Below, piece after piece: positions 18,470-30,800 of a stretch of DNA of 64,000 nucleotides. Origin of the DNA: Obrimoposthia wandeli (lineage: Eukaryota). Below the pieces are notes generated by a model. That model saw only the letters and a list, made by a program, of their open reading frames with translations. It did not search any database and was not told where the DNA came from. How positions within the stretch are numbered: the first letter of the stretch is position 1; the number at the start of each line of letters is the position of its first letter. The DNA lies in NCBI GenBank assembly GCA_977020255.1, contig CDROCS010000882.1, positions 62,001-126,000 of the forward strand. Direction: 5' to 3'. A program made the position numbers and the translations under genes.

Positions 18470-21400
18470 ATGCAAAATAGCATTTCTGAAATCTTTCAAT
18501 ATTCGAATGATAGTTTACTAACAGCGTCTGCACATGATCCGTGGTTAGTGCTTTTATCGATATCTATCGCAATATTTGCCTCTTTTATGGGCTTTCAAGT
18601 TGCTTCTCAGGCGGCCACTAGCTCTACTGTTCGTAAGCATGTCTCGCTTTTTATTGGCAGTGTCGCCTTAGGCGGTGGTGTTTGGTCAATGCATTTTATT
18701 GGTATGTTAGCACTAGAACTTTGCACTAATGTTTCTTATCGTTTTGATTTAACAACTATTTCTATTTTTCCTGCGATCGCAGCGTCTTGGATTGCACTCA
18801 ATTTGCTCACTCGTGATAACTTGCGTATGTTCCAATTAATACTTGGAGGTGTGCTCGTTGGTGCTGGTATTGGCACTATGCATTATGTTGGTATGGCTGC
18901 TATGGAGATGTCATTATTGCTACGTTACGATTTAGTCATGTTCTGTGTTTCTATATTAGTTGCGGTAATATTGGCTATTTTATCACTTTGGATAAGTTTC
19001 GGTCTTGAGCATTTTGGCAAAACGAAGCTGAGTCAAACAACAAAAACAATCATTTCAAGTTGTGTCATGGGAGCGGCAATCTCTGGTATGCATTATACCG
19101 GTATGGCCGCTGCGCGATTTGTATTACCTCCAGGGCTTGAAGTGTCAGAACAGACGGGGCAAATATCGCTTTATTTAGCCTTAGGCATTACGGCTATTAC
19201 GGTTTTTATTATAGGTTTAGTGCTAGCGGTTAATTTAGTTTTTGGCTATAAAGATCAGTCGGCTATTGCCAAGCAAAATGAGAAACGTCTCAGTGCGACA
19301 ATGGATACCGCTGTTGATGGCATTATTACGATTAATGCCAGCGGTATTATCATTAGTGTTAATAAAGCCGTGACGAAAATTTTAGGTTGGCATGAGAGCG
19401 AATTACTTGGCGCTAGTGCCGCTATGGTGGCTCCCGAATCCCTTAAAGACAGTTTCGTTCAATATATCGATAACTATATTAGCACGCGTGTGGCTAGAAT
19501 TATTGGTACTGATCATGAGCTTGATATCATTGCTAAAGATGGTGAGAAAATACCGGTGCGCTTGGCCATTGGTCATATTGAATTAAACCACCAACACTTG
19601 TTTGTTGCGTTTATTACTGATCTTCGAGAACGACGTAAAATGGAAGCGAAAATCAGAAAAAGTGAATCGCTAATTCGAGCGTTACTGACAAATATTCCGG
19701 GTATCGCTTATCGCTGTATCGATACACCAGGTTGGCCAAATCTATTTATTAATGATGAAGTTGAAAATATTATCGGTTATCCCGCCAGTGATTTTTTATT
19801 GCCTGAGCCTAAACGAAGTTTGGGCGACTTTATTCATCCCGATGACTTGCATGTTATCGAAGCGTTAGACTTACATCATGCCAACGGGTACCACGTTGAG
19901 TTCAGGTTTATTGATCGCTACGGCTCAATAAAATGGATGCTAGGATATGGCCGTGCAATTAAAGTAGAAAATATCGAAGAGTATTGCCTTGATGGCTTTA
20001 TTATGGATATTACTGAGCGCAAAAAAATGGAATCAGAGCTTATTACTGCTAAAGAAACTGCCGAGCATGCCGCTGAAACACGCTCCGCTTTTTTAGCGAA
20101 TATGAGTCACGAAATTCGTACTCCGATGAATGCTGTTATTGGCTTTAGCGATATTCTTTTAGATGAAGACCTAACCGATACGCAGCGAAAACACCTGAAT
20201 ACCATTAATCAGTCTGCTAAATCGTTATTACATATTCTAAATGATGTGCTTGATAGCGCTAAATTAGATAAAGGAAAATTTCAACTGGAATATCGCGACT
20301 TTTCGTTGGTAGAAGAAGTTGATGCAGTAGTTTCTACATTATGGCTGCAAGCTCAAAACAAAAGCTTAGAGTTGATTTTGAACATCCATCCTGAGGTTCA
20401 AGGCTATTTTAACGGTGTCCCTGACCGTATTCGGCAGGTGTTGACCAACTTAATAGGGAATGCAATCAAATTTACCGAACGAGGTAAAGTCAGTATTGAT
20501 ATCAGTAATAGCACTGATGGTGTTATTACGTTTGCGATTAATGATACGGGTATTGGCATGACGGCTCCGCAATTAGCGACGATTTTTGATGCCTTCGCAC
20601 AAGCAGACGAATCGATGAGTCGACGCTTTGGGGGAACGGGGCTTGGAACAACCATTAGCAAGCAGCTCGTTGAGTTAATGGGCGGTAATATCTCTGCGAC
20701 TAGTGAGGAAGGGCGAGGTTCAGCCTTTACTTTCAGTTTACCACTGAAACCGGTAGCTATTTCAGTGGCCGAAAATACCGAACTTAAAGCTCATGTTTTA
20801 CCAAAATTACATATTTTAGTGGTTGATGATATTGATCATAATATTGACTTATTAACCTTACTACTGAAACGTCATGGCCATAATGTTATGGAAGCACGTG
20901 ATGGCGAACAAGCGCTATTACAAATGAAAAATAATATCCTTGATGTAGTCTTAATGGATATTCAAATGCCGGTCATGGACGGTTTGACTGCCGCAAAACT
21001 ACGCCGAGAGTTTGAAATAGAACAAGGCTTAAGCCGACTACCGATAATCGCCCTCACCGCTAGTGTTTTACCACAAGATCGAATCTCTGCTGAAGAAGCT
21101 GGCATGGATGGCTTTGCCAATAAACCTATTGATATGAAACACCTGAATAATGAAATATCGAAAGTATTAGATTTCGTTGAACTGCCTGAGAGTGAACCAA
21201 AGCATGTCGATAAAACGACTCTTATTGTAGATCTGGAAAAAGGTATTGAACTGTGGGGGTCTAAAACTAATCTTTACACGCAAATTTCTCGTTTTATCAA
21301 GCAGGCTGAAGTTGATGTTTTTGCACTTAGGCCACTATTTTTGCAGCAAGATTTTCAAACACTACAACAACAGTGTCATAAGCTTAAAGGTGGAGTAGGT

Positions 21401-21814
21401 AACTTGGCATTGAATCGTTTTATGGCTCTCTTTGATGCCCTGGAGCAGTCAAGTAAAGAGAAAAATTTAGATGTTGTAGAGAGCAATATAGCGAAAGTTG
21501 TTGCTGAATTTCATATTATTGAAAACTGTGTCAACAATATGAGTGCGAAAACTAACGCTCTACCTGACACTGAATACATTGAAGGCAGTGCTGCTCAGGC
21601 TAATATTAGCGATGTGGCTGATATTTTACAGCAGCTTGAACCTTATGTGAGTAACAATGAGTTTAATGAAGCTTTGTTAGATCAACTTGAGAATTTGGCC
21701 TATCTTAAACCTAGTGAGATAAACAGCATTATAAATGCATATAATAATTTTGAATTTTCTTTGGCAACAGAAAAAATTAAAGCACTGATGAATGTCATTG
21801 AACGAATAGAATAG
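18470..21814 (+). CDS. Hybrid sensor histidine kinase: MHYT - PAS - PAS - HisKA/HATPase - REC - HPt
   Basis: Three MH(F/Y) motifs; [14 protein letters not shown]; N/G boxes ([22 protein letters not shown]); receiver [11 protein letters not shown]; HPt [11 protein letters not shown]. Confidence 0.93.
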   Translation: MQNSISEIFQYSNDSLLTASAHDPWLVLLSISIAIFASFMGFQVASQAATSSTVRKHVSLFIGSVALGGGVWSMHFIGMLALELCTNVSYRFDLTTISIFPAIAASWIALNLLTRDNLRMFQLILGGVLVGAGIGTMHYVGMAAMEMSLLLRYDLVMFCVSILVAVILAILSLWISFGLEHFGKTKLSQTTKTIISSCVMGAAISGMHYTGMAAARFVLPPGLEVSEQTGQISLYLALGITAITVFIIGLVLAVNLVFGYKDQSAIAKQNEKRLSATMDTAVDGIITINASGIIISVNKAVTKILGWHESELLGASAAMVAPESLKDSFVQYIDNYISTRVARIIGTDHELDIIAKDGEKIPVRLAIGHIELNHQHLFVAFITDLRERRKMEAKIRKSESLIRALLTNIPGIAYRCIDTPGWPNLFINDEVENIIGYPASDFLLPEPKRSLGDFIHPDDLHVIEALDLHHANGYHVEFRFIDRYGSIKWMLGYGRAIKVENIEEYCLDGFIMDITERKKMESELITAKETAEHAAETRSAFLANMSHEIRTPMNAVIGFSDILLDEDLTDTQRKHLNTINQSAKSLLHILNDVLDSAKLDKGKFQLEYRDFSLVEEVDAVVSTLWLQAQNKSLELILNIHPEVQGYFNGVPDRIRQVLTNLIGNAIKFTERGKVSIDISNSTDGVITFAINDTGIGMTAPQLATIFDAFAQADESMSRRFGGTGLGTTISKQLVELMGGNISATSEEGRGSAFTFSLPLKPVAISVAENTELKAHVLPKLHILVVDDIDHNIDLLTLLLKRHGHNVMEARDGEQALLQMKNNILDVVLMDIQMPVMDGLTAAKLRREFEIEQGLSRLPIIALTASVLPQDRISAEEAGMDGFANKPIDMKHLNNEISKVLDFVELPESEPKHVDKTTLIVDLEKGIELWGSKTNLYTQISRFIKQAEVDVFALRPLFLQQDFQTLQQQCHKLKGGVGNLALNRFMALFDALEQSSKEKNLDVVESNIAKVVAEFHIIENCVNNMSAKTNALPDTEYIEGSAAQANISDVADILQQLEPYVSNNEFNEALLDQLENLAYLKPSEINSIINAYNNFEFSLATEKIKALMNVIERIE

Positions 21815-21837
21815 CTAAGAATAAGGGAGTAGGTAAA

Positions 21838-22821
21838 GTGCGAAAAACCGAACAAACTGTGTTAATTGTCGACGATGAACCAACCAACTTGCGTGTGCTG
21901 AATCAAATACTTAACGATAGCTATAAACTTATTTTTGCGAAAAGTGGCAAAGAAGCGTTACGTTTAGTTGAAAAAGATCGACCAGATTTAATACTTCTTG
22001 ATGTCATGATGCCAGACTTAACTGGTTATGAAGTTTGTGAGTATTTAAAACAACAAAAACAGTTTAAATCAATTCCTATCATTTTTATTACCGCGTTAAG
22101 TGATCCTGATGATGAAGCAAAAGGTTTAAATCTTGGTGCTGTTGATTATATCTCTAAACCTATTTCACCAGCAGTAGTAAAAGCACGTGTTAAAACACAT
22201 TTATCTTTAGTTGATGCTGAAGAGCTAAGAAGAACTCGATTACAGGTAATTCAGCGACTCGGTAGAGCCTCTGAATACAAAGATAATGAAACGGGTATGC
22301 ATGTTATGCGTATGAGCCATTATGCGAAGGTTATTGCCTTAGGTTATGGTTTTTCTGCTGAAGAAGCTGACAATTTATTTAATGCTGCGCCAATGCATGA
22401 CATAGGGAAAATAGGTATTCCTGATAGTATTATGCTTAAACCGGGTAAGCTAACGAGTGAAGAGTTTGCTGTGATGAAAACACATCCGGAAATAGGCGCT
22501 GAGATATTAGGCGCGTCAGACTCGGACTTAATTGAACTAGCAAAACTCGTCTCGTTAACCCACCATGAAAAGTTTGATGGCACGGGTTACCCGAATCAAC
22601 TTAAAGGCGATAATATTCCTATTGAAGGACGAATAGTAGCGTTAGCCGATGTATTTGATGCGCTAACCAGCATTAGACCTTATAAAAGTGCGTGGTCTAT
22701 AGAAGATGCTATGGCGCATATTCATAATGAAAAAAACAAGCATTTTGATCCTCAACTTGTCGAAGTATTTGAACAACAAATGACACAAATACTTGAAATA
22801 AAGGAACGTTGGAAAGATTAA
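21838..22821 (+). CDS. Response regulator with HD-GYP c-di-GMP phosphodiesterase domain (RpfG-like)
   Basis: REC LLDVMMPD; MHDIGKIG; HHEKFDGTGYP; RPYK. Confidence 0.93.
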   Translation: MRKTEQTVLIVDDEPTNLRVLNQILNDSYKLIFAKSGKEALRLVEKDRPDLILLDVMMPDLTGYEVCEYLKQQKQFKSIPIIFITALSDPDDEAKGLNLGAVDYISKPISPAVVKARVKTHLSLVDAEELRRTRLQVIQRLGRASEYKDNETGMHVMRMSHYAKVIALGYGFSAEEADNLFNAAPMHDIGKIGIPDSIMLKPGKLTSEEFAVMKTHPEIGAEILGASDSDLIELAKLVSLTHHEKFDGTGYPNQLKGDNIPIEGRIVALADVFDALTSIRPYKSAWSIEDAMAHIHNEKNKHFDPQLVEVFEQQMTQILEIKERWKD

Positions 22822-22988
22822 TATACTTATGAAAAATTCGGTGTTATTTCAATGGTTCGATAGTATTAACAAAGCAGTTTGGCAGATTTGGGAATAACGA
22901 CTCAACATTCGACGGCGTGCAGTTGAATATTGAATAATAGTGACATTAAAGTTTTATAACGGCTAATTTTTTTGTGAGGAGTACAGAG

Positions 22989-23294
22989 ATGAAAATGGTT
23001 TATAGTCATGAAAACTTATTTTTGGTTACTAATGCTAAAAATATTATTGAATCAACAGGTATTGAAACTTTTCTTAAAAACGAATTTGCTCAAGGAGCAG
23101 TAGGAGAAGCTTCTGCTTTCGACTGTTGGCCTGAAATTTGGGTGCTTGATGATAATGACTATGACAAAGCAAAGTCGGCCATAGAAGCTTCACAAAAATC
23201 AGTGAATATGGTCGATTGGATTTGTAATAAATGTCTTGAAAAAAATGGCGCATCATTCGAAATATGCTGGCAATGCAGTGAAGAACAAGGGTAG
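22989..23294 (+). CDS. DUF2007 putative signal-transducing protein with C-terminal RanBP2-like Zn finger
   Basis: LKNEFAQGAVGE..WPEIWV; WICNKC..NGASFEICWQC. Confidence 0.8.
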   Translation: MKMVYSHENLFLVTNAKNIIESTGIETFLKNEFAQGAVGEASAFDCWPEIWVLDDNDYDKAKSAIEASQKSVNMVDWICNKCLEKNGASFEICWQCSEEQG

Positions 23295-23484
23295 CAATGA
23301 TTTAATAGTGCTTGATAATTTTGCTATTCAATTTTTTATCATAGAGTTACTGAGTTACTGCGGTATTAATGACTTAGACCGTTGTTGCTATGCTATCTTA
23401 ATAATTGTTGAAATCGACAATATGATATTAGCGTAAACGGTTATTTAAACGAAGGAACGTTTGCATCAAAATGGAGTTTATAAA

Positions 23485-25359
23485 ATGGTTTTAGTTACAC
23501 GAGTATTTACGCTTAGCCTTCTCATTTGTACGTGCTTACTTTTTTCTGCGCTTGCATTTAGCGAAGCTTTTATTAATGAAGTGAACAGTGATAAAACGCT
23601 CAATGATAAGGAAATCAGCAATAAATCGCCTGATCAAAAAGCTATTGCACAGTATGAAGCGCTAAAAAAATTACAAAATATTAATACAGATGCCAATCGT
23701 CTTTTTGTTAAAAGTTTACTTAGTAAAGTGAGCGACCCCCGCTATAACAACTTACAAGCCCCTATTTATGCTTATATTGCCCGATTAAATGTTAATGATG
23801 GTAATTGGCATGACGGCAAAAATTATCTCGAAGTCGCCATTGCTCGATTAGATTTAGTTGAAGATAATACGCTATTGCTTGAATCACTTGAAAATATTAG
23901 TTGGATTTATTTCATTCGAGGTAATTATTCTGACGCCATATTATACGTACAAAAAATGACTGAACTTGCATATTCGACTGATGATATTAGTGGTCAAATC
24001 ACGGCCTTAAATCGTCTAGCATTAAGTTATATAGAATTAGAGTTTTTTGAGTTGGCGATTGACCCTTTGAAAAAATCGCTCGTGCTAGCGAGAAAAAATA
24101 AAGACGTTGATAATGAGTTTCTCGCTGTATTGTATTTAATTAATGCTCAACTTAATATTGATAATGTTGATGTACAAGAAACATTAGCATTGACCTTAGT
24201 CGCAGAGAATATTCCTTCAACGTTAAACAACAGTGATGGCTATTTAGCGCGCTTGAAGGGCTTGGTAAATCAACAGATAGGAGATCACGATAAGGCAGAA
24301 CAGTGGTTCACACTCGCTGAAAAGAAAGCAAAAATAAATCATGATGTGCGTTTATTACAAATGATCAGCAAAAACCTGTCAGAACTTTATTTAGTGAACA
24401 ACAAGCTGTTACTCGCGCTTGATTATGCTATAGCAACATTAGAATATAATAATCAAATGGGGCATAAAAATACTCGTGCAGCCATTCATTACTTATTGAG
24501 TGATATTTATCAGCAGTTAAATGATGATGAAAACTCATTAAAATATCTACGTGCATATACCGAATATCAGCATTCGCAAAACGATAAAGATACGATCAGT
24601 ATCATTACCACTATGGACAAGCGTTTAGATGATATTAAACGATTGCAGAAAATGGCAGAGCTTGATAATGCACTATTAACCAATAAGGTGATGGCGCAAG
24701 ATAATGAGAATACACAACAATTTTTTACCTTTATTATCATTGCTTTGTTGTTGATTTTCTGTTCTTTTATTGTGGTGTTTGTGATTCATCATCGCATGTT
24801 AAAAGCACAGCTTATTTTATCAATGAAAGACGAATTAACCGGTATTTATTGTCGAAATTATTTAAAGAATTATTTACCAGCCGTACAGTCACGATTTGAA
24901 CGAGAAACAAATGAAGATTTATCTTTAGGTGTGTTAATTATTGATTGTGATGACTTTAAATTTATCAATGACACTTTCGGGCATGCTGGCGGTGATAAAG
25001 CGTTAAAAGCGATTGTGGATACTATTAATGGTGAAATTAGAGAGCAAGATTTACTGCTGCGCTGGGGCGGTGATGAGTTTGTGGTGATTTGCGAGTCGGT
25101 GAGTCAGACACAAATGCGCGAATTTGCAAAACGCATTATCGCTAGTATTGGCGATATGTTGATAGAATATGATGAGGCAACACTGTTAGTCACTGTTTCT
25201 GCAGGTTTTGCTTTACATGATAGAAACGTAACTTTTGATTTTGATGGCTTGATAAATGTGGCTGATGAATTACTGTTAGCGACAAAAAAATCAGGTAAGA
25301 ATAATTATTTAGGTAATCAGCGAAATAATTTAAATACAGGTAATTTTTCCAATTGTTAA
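23485..25359 (+). CDS. TPR-repeat membrane-anchored diguanylate cyclase
   Basis: Signal peptide, helical TPR-like region, TM, DELTG..IDCDDFKFINDTFGH..RWGGDEF; RBS ggag at 23473. Confidence 0.88.
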   Translation: MVLVTRVFTLSLLICTCLLFSALAFSEAFINEVNSDKTLNDKEISNKSPDQKAIAQYEALKKLQNINTDANRLFVKSLLSKVSDPRYNNLQAPIYAYIARLNVNDGNWHDGKNYLEVAIARLDLVEDNTLLLESLENISWIYFIRGNYSDAILYVQKMTELAYSTDDISGQITALNRLALSYIELEFFELAIDPLKKSLVLARKNKDVDNEFLAVLYLINAQLNIDNVDVQETLALTLVAENIPSTLNNSDGYLARLKGLVNQQIGDHDKAEQWFTLAEKKAKINHDVRLLQMISKNLSELYLVNNKLLLALDYAIATLEYNNQMGHKNTRAAIHYLLSDIYQQLNDDENSLKYLRAYTEYQHSQNDKDTISIITTMDKRLDDIKRLQKMAELDNALLTNKVMAQDNENTQQFFTFIIIALLLIFCSFIVVFVIHHRMLKAQLILSMKDELTGIYCRNYLKNYLPAVQSRFERETNEDLSLGVLIIDCDDFKFINDTFGHAGGDKALKAIVDTINGEIREQDLLLRWGGDEFVVICESVSQTQMREFAKRIIASIGDMLIEYDEATLLVTVSAGFALHDRNVTFDFDGLINVADELLLATKKSGKNNYLGNQRNNLNTGNFSNC

Positions 25360-25491
25360 TTCTTTTTTGGTAACGCCATATAAAAAGCTTAATTTAATGA
25401 TAACCTTGATAGAATTATACTTTGCAGAGCCGCGAAGAATGGTTATGCTTCGCAACCAGCGATAAATATCTAAGGGTAATAAAAATAACTA

Positions 25492-25833
25492 ATGCGTAAA
25501 TCAGATAAAAAAATGGATAATCAAATTATTAAAGCGTTAACCGACGTTTGCCATTCAGCATTAGAAGATATCGATGGCTTTGAGTGGTTAACACATACTG
25601 TTAATTTTGATAAATTTCCAGAAAGCTTAAAAATTGTTTGTGTTTTTGACAGTCATATTAAACTGGCAAATTATATAAAATCATCAGATAACCATCATCT
25701 AACATCACTAATTGAGCACAGCCTTAGCAATATTGGTATAAAACTCAAAAATGCTAAGAAACAAATCACGCTTGATAGCGAAGAACATTGCGCTTCGCAA
25801 CATGATGGAAATTGGCGTCAAAGGCTATCATGA
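25492..25833 (+). CDS. Conserved small hypothetical protein
   Basis: MRKSDKKMDNQIIKALTDVC..GFEWLTHTVNF..FPESLKIVCVF..CASQHDGNWRQRL. Confidence 0.7.
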   Translation: MRKSDKKMDNQIIKALTDVCHSALEDIDGFEWLTHTVNFDKFPESLKIVCVFDSHIKLANYIKSSDNHHLTSLIEHSLSNIGIKLKNAKKQITLDSEEHCASQHDGNWRQRLS

Positions 25834-25896
25834 GGTAACACCCTTTATTAAGGGTCTTTTAAAACTTATTAAAGTCAGTAAAAGGCCTTTAGCTGA

Positions 25897-26076
25897 TTAA
25901 AGGCTATTAAACAACGATAATGCAATGGCGCACATAATTAATCCAACAACCACATCGATAACTCTCTTGACTTTAGCTTGGTTTAGCCAAGGTGACATTT
26001 TTGCCGCAGCGCCCGCCAAGCCATAAAACCAAAGTATCGATGCCAGCATAGTACCAACAGCAAAAGCTATTCTGCA
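25897..26076 (-). pseudogene. 3' remnant of a LysE/ArgO-family amino-acid exporter
   Basis: AFAVGTMLASILWFYGLA..KRVIDVVVGLIMCAIALSL matches the ArgO C-terminus; no room for the N-terminal two thirds before the divergent GNAT gene. Confidence 0.75.
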
Positions 26077-26105
26077 GTAAATAATCAAATAATAAGGAGA
26101 GCAAT

Positions 26106-26597
26106 ATGAGTAACCTAATCGTTAGAAAAGCCACAGCTGCTGATGCAGGCATTTTATTTCAGTTTATTAAAGATCTCGCCATTTATGAAAAAGCGGAAGA
26201 TGAAGTATTAGCGACAGAGCAAAGCCTCAAAGAAACTATTTTTGCTCAGGACAGCCATGTCTTCGCTTTAATTTGCGAGCTTGATGGCGTTGCTATCGGT
26301 TCAGCCATATACTTTTTTAACTATTCTACGTGGCTAGCAAAGTCGGGACTTTATTTAGAAGATTTGTATGTAATGCCAGAATATCGTGGCAAAGGGGCAG
26401 GCGTAAAGCTTTTAAAAACGATGGCAAGTATTGCTAAAGACAAGGACTGCGCAAGGTTTGAGTGGAGCTGTTTAGACTGGAACACGCCATCAAGAGAGTT
26501 TTATCATTCGTTAGGCGCTGTCGCTCAAGAAGAGTGGGTTAGCTATCGAATGACAGGTAAAACACTCAGTAATTTTGCAGCTGATCTGACTGAATAA
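26106..26597 (+). CDS. GNAT N-acetyltransferase (SSAT/diamine acetyltransferase-like)
   Basis: FFNYSTWLAKSGLYLEDLYVMPEYRGKGAG..RFEWSCLDWN. Confidence 0.9.
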   Translation: MSNLIVRKATAADAGILFQFIKDLAIYEKAEDEVLATEQSLKETIFAQDSHVFALICELDGVAIGSAIYFFNYSTWLAKSGLYLEDLYVMPEYRGKGAGVKLLKTMASIAKDKDCARFEWSCLDWNTPSREFYHSLGAVAQEEWVSYRMTGKTLSNFAADLTE

Positions 26598-27420
26598 TCG
26601 TCACACCTTTTTGAGGATTCTCAGCATAAGCTAACATAGCGCTTGCGACTTTTTTCGCTTTAATTATTTGATATTTCTTAGGAATGAGAAAAGCGAAGGC
26701 GCTCATGATGATAGTACCAAGTTGCTCGCCTAGACGATACTCGCTACGTTGACCTGTTAACATCGATGGACGGAATATACCCAGATGCTTAAAGCCAATA
26801 TTACGTAAGCTTGACTCTACCTTTCCCTTGGTTCGATTATAAAAGATAGCTGACGATTCATTGGCCGCCATTGCGGTAACGATGGCAAATACTGATGTTT
26901 CTTGTTGGCTGAAATGTTTGGCGATAATTAAGGGGTAGTGGTAGTCGACTTCAGTAAAAGCCGCTTTTGAACCGGCTTTTTTTATCGTGCTCCCCAAAGT
27001 GCAAAATATGTCGTCAATACTTGCTAAGTTATTACTTGTCACGCTACGGTCACTAGTTTGAGAACGCGTATTTTTTCTGTCTAGGCTCTGAGTATGTTTC
27101 TGAGGAATAATATCTGTATGGATGTGAGCCCAAGCCTCACTTTCATGGAGATCACTAGCACTGCAAACACTTGTTTGCCTATCAGGAGTCAATGATCCTC
27201 TTGAGTTCAATTCCTCAGCTAGATGACTAAAGTCCACCTGCCATTGTTCGAGTTTAGCATGTTCTAAGTTGAGAGGCTTACGCACCAAAGCGATAACTTT
27301 ACTGTAAGAGTCACTCGCTAAAAGTTGCATGAGTAAGTGCTGACCAATTAAACCACTGGCACCAACAATTAAAGCCACTTTCTGCTTTTCTTTTTTATGC
27401 TCATTAAGGTCAGTTGTCAT
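26566..27420 (-). CDS. NAD(P)-binding Rossmann protein (YraR/HTATIP2-like) with an in-frame insertion of about 60 aa
   Basis: ALIVGASGLIG, IFCTLGSTIKKAGS, FYNRTKGKVE, IFRPSML. Confidence 0.85.
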   Translation of the reverse strand: MTTDLNEHKKEKQKVALIVGASGLIGQHLLMQLLASDSYSKVIALVRKPLNLEHAKLEQWQVDFSHLAEELNSRGSLTPDRQTSVCSASDLHESEAWAHIHTDIIPQKHTQSLDRKNTRSQTSDRSVTSNNLASIDDIFCTLGSTIKKAGSKAAFTEVDYHYPLIIAKHFSQQETSVFAIVTAMAANESSAIFYNRTKGKVESSLRNIGFKHLGIFRPSMLTGQRSEYRLGEQLGTIIMSAFAFLIPKKYQIIKAKKVASAMLAYAENPQKGVTIIQSDQLQNY

Positions 27421-27751
27421 ACTATTCATCAGCACAGTCGTATTCTAAAGAACTACTATACCATGTGGTATGACTTAGAAAACAGGTCTTAACGAGATAG
27501 ATGTATGATTTTAAGGTGAAGCTAGGCTGGGCAGTAACATACTACAAAATGTCTTTAAACAGGAAAAGAGCAAGCCCACTAGCCGTTAAACAGCAACAAC
27601 TCAGTATGTTTAATTGTTGGAGCCGCTTGTCCTACAGCAGAGGTTACCGAAACCTTAATCGCACCGGTATGAATGTGATGGGCATCTTGCTTTAATTGCC
27701 ATTAATTACGCTATGTATCACTGTTAAATTAAAAACCAATAAACACAATGC

Positions 27752-27789
27752 AATAAAAAACCAATTACGTTATGTAATTGGTTTTTATT
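27752..27789 (-). terminator. rne terminator
   Basis: aataaaaaaccaattac-gttat-gtaattggtttttatt. Confidence 0.8.
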
Positions 27790-27832
27790 TTTTAACTCTC
27801 TAGAAAATATTTCTAAAGATTAGCGGAACAAC

Positions 27833-30800
27833 TTAATCAAGTGTTGGCTTAGTTGCACCTGCCGAATGTCGACTAGTTGCATTGCTAACAAGGGCTGTCT
27901 TACCTGATGTGCTATGCGAAGTTCTTTGCTCGTTTGCGACGAAATCACGTGGGATAACACCGCTGCTAACAATAGTTTCTGGCTTAGCCATAGGAGCTGA
28001 CGCTTTCCCTGATGATTTACGTGCTGCTGCCTTCACTGTACGTTTAATATTTTTAACTTTAGCACGTACTTTTTTAGGTTTTTCTTCAGCGATAATAGGC
28101 TTATCTTCAGTTGTCGTTGTTACAGCTTCTATCGCTGGTGTTGAAACATCCGTTTCTACTTCAGAAGTTTCTTGTGCTGGCTGCTCGATAGAAACTGTTT
28201 CTTCTACCTTAGCATCTGCAACTTTTTCTTCTGTAACCGGTGTTTCAGCTATTTCACTGCTAACTTTCACTGGTGCTTCGACAACTGGAGCTGGAGTTTC
28301 AACAACCGGTGCTGATACAGCTTCAGGCTTAACATCTTCAGTTGTTTGCTCTGTAGCTTTAGCATCGGTAGCAATAACTGCTGCTTCTGGCTCATCAAAT
28401 GGTAAGTTCTGTTGAACTTCATTTCTTGAGTCATTAATTACTTCAGCTAATGCGTCAGCTTGCACTTGTTGAACTTGCTCAACAGTGGGCTTTGATTCAG
28501 TTACTTCATTTGAAGTGCTATCTGCTGGAGTTGAACTCTGCTCCGGGTAACGAGCTGTTACTGGATCTTCAGTTATTTCAGTAGCGGCTTCTGCTTCTGC
28601 ATCTGCATTTTGTCTACGACGTTGACCGTGTGCTCGCATATGACGAGGAGAACGACGACTTCTTGGGCGTTGCTCTTCTTTTGCCTTGTTAGCTGAAGTA
28701 TCAACATTTCCAGTCTCAGTAGTATCTACTGCCGATGCTTGTTCAACTGTAGCTGCTTCAACCTTAGGCACTTCAACTGTAGGTGCATCAACAATATGAG
28801 TTGTTTCAATAGCTTTGTTTTCAGGTGCTTGAGCTTTAACTTCAGTACCATCAACATTTTTATTTTCAACATGGGTATTGTTTTTAACATCGCTATTAAC
28901 ACGCACTTTCTTACGATTGTTACGACGTTGACGACGTTCAGCTACTTTTTCTTCCTTAGGCTTTTGAACACGTTCTTTTTGCGGCTTAGGCGTTGTTACT
29001 GCTGCTTCTACATTTTGCTTAGTCGCCGTGTTGTCATTACTACTTTGCGGCTTACGTTTGTCGTTACGGTTTGTGTTGCGGGTATCATTAACACCTTCAG
29101 CACGGTTTTCGTTACGCGAGTCATTGCGTGAATCATTACGATTATTACGACGTTGACCTTGGCGACCACGTTGTGGACGACGTTCGCTATTGCGTGCAGT
29201 AGCCTCTGGCGCTTTTTTCAGTTCTGGTTTAACTTCTTCTTTTGCTTGCGTAGCAAAAAGAGATTTAATCCAAGATATAGCACTCGTTAGTAAGCTTTCT
29301 GTTTCAGCTTTAACTTCTACAACAGGCACAGGCTCTTGTTTTTTAGGTGCTTGCTTAGGTGACGACATACCTTGTAATAAAGGTTCATCGCGTTTACTGA
29401 CTTCTTTATCGAACTTAGGCATTACAGCTTCTTCAGGCACTGCTTGCTTAATTGCCATGTCATAGCTGGCTTCTTCGATACCTTCGTCTTTTCTGACGCG
29501 GATAACTTCATATTGCGGTGTAACCATATTAGGATTAGGAATAATCAGAATATTGACACTATGATGTTTTTCGATATGAAATACAGAGCGACGTTTTTCG
29601 TTTAATAAATACGTTGCAACAGGAACAGGCACTTGTGCTTGTACTTGTTGAGTATTGTCTTTAATGGCTTCTTCTTCCATCAAACGCAATACTGACAATG
29701 CTAAAGATTCAACACCACGAACATGGCCGGTACCACTACAACGAGGACAAACACCTTGGCTTGTTTCGCCAATAGAAGGGCGTAAACGTTGGCGTGACAT
29801 TTCAAGTAATCCAAAACGTGAAATACGACCTAATTGAATGCGTGCTCTGTCTTGTTTCACGGCATCGCGCATTCTATTTTCAACTTCACGTTGATGGCGA
29901 ACAGGCGTCATATCGATAAAATCGATAACCACTAGACCGCCCAAATCACGTAAACGTAATTGGCGAGCAATTTCTTCTGCGGCTTCTAAGTTTGTGTTGA
30001 ATGCTGTCTCTTCTATATCACTACCTTTTGTGGCGCGGGCAGAGTTAATATCGATAGAGGTTAAAGCTTCTGTCGGGTCAATAACGATTGAACCACCAGA
30101 TGGCAAGCGTACTTCACGTTGAAAGGCCGTTTCAATTTGCGTTTCAATTTGATAATGAGTAAATAAAGGTACGTCATTATTGTAAAGTTTAACTTTACTT
30201 AAAAAGTCAGGTCGAACAATTTCGATGTGCTTTTTCACACTTTCGAAGATTTTAGGACGATCAATTAATACTTCACCAATATCACGACGTAAGTAATCAC
30301 GAATAGCACGTAAAATAACGTTAGTTTCTTGATGAATTAAGAACGGAGCAGGGCGGCTCGCACCGGCTTCTGATATGGCGTTCCAATGATGCAATAGAAC
30401 GTTTAAATCCCATTCAAGTTCTTCATACTCTTTGCCTACACCAGCGGTACGAACAATTAAGCCCATGCCTTTAGGAAGAGTAAGTTTACTTAATGACGCT
30501 TTTAAATCTGTACGTTCATCACCTTCGATACGGCGAGAAATACCACCAGCACGAGGGTTATTTGGCATAAGTACTAGGTAGCTACCTGCAAGACTGATAA
30601 AGGTCGTTAACGCAGCACCTTTTTGGCCACGCTCTTCTTTATCAATTTGAACGATAACTTCTTGCCCTTCACGAAGTACTTCTTTGATATTAGGACGGCC
30701 TTGGAAGCTGTAGCCCTTAGGGAAGTATTCACGGGCGATTTCTTTCATTGGTAAGAAACCGTGGCGATCAGCACCATAATCAACAAACGCCGCTTCTAAC

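Noticed and set aside
23236-23436. 66-aa ORF bridging DUF2007 and the diguanylate cyclase
   Set aside because: Overlaps DUF2007 in another frame; no RBS or motif support
27521-27583. Possible structured RNA (gctaggctgggc...gcccactagc) between rne and the oxidoreductase
   Set aside because: Only a short bulged pairing with a 40-nt loop; no promoter/terminator pair or known motif identified
27882-29465. Plus-strand ORFs antisense to the rne scaffold region
   Set aside because: Shadow ORFs expected from the biased low-complexity codons of RNase E
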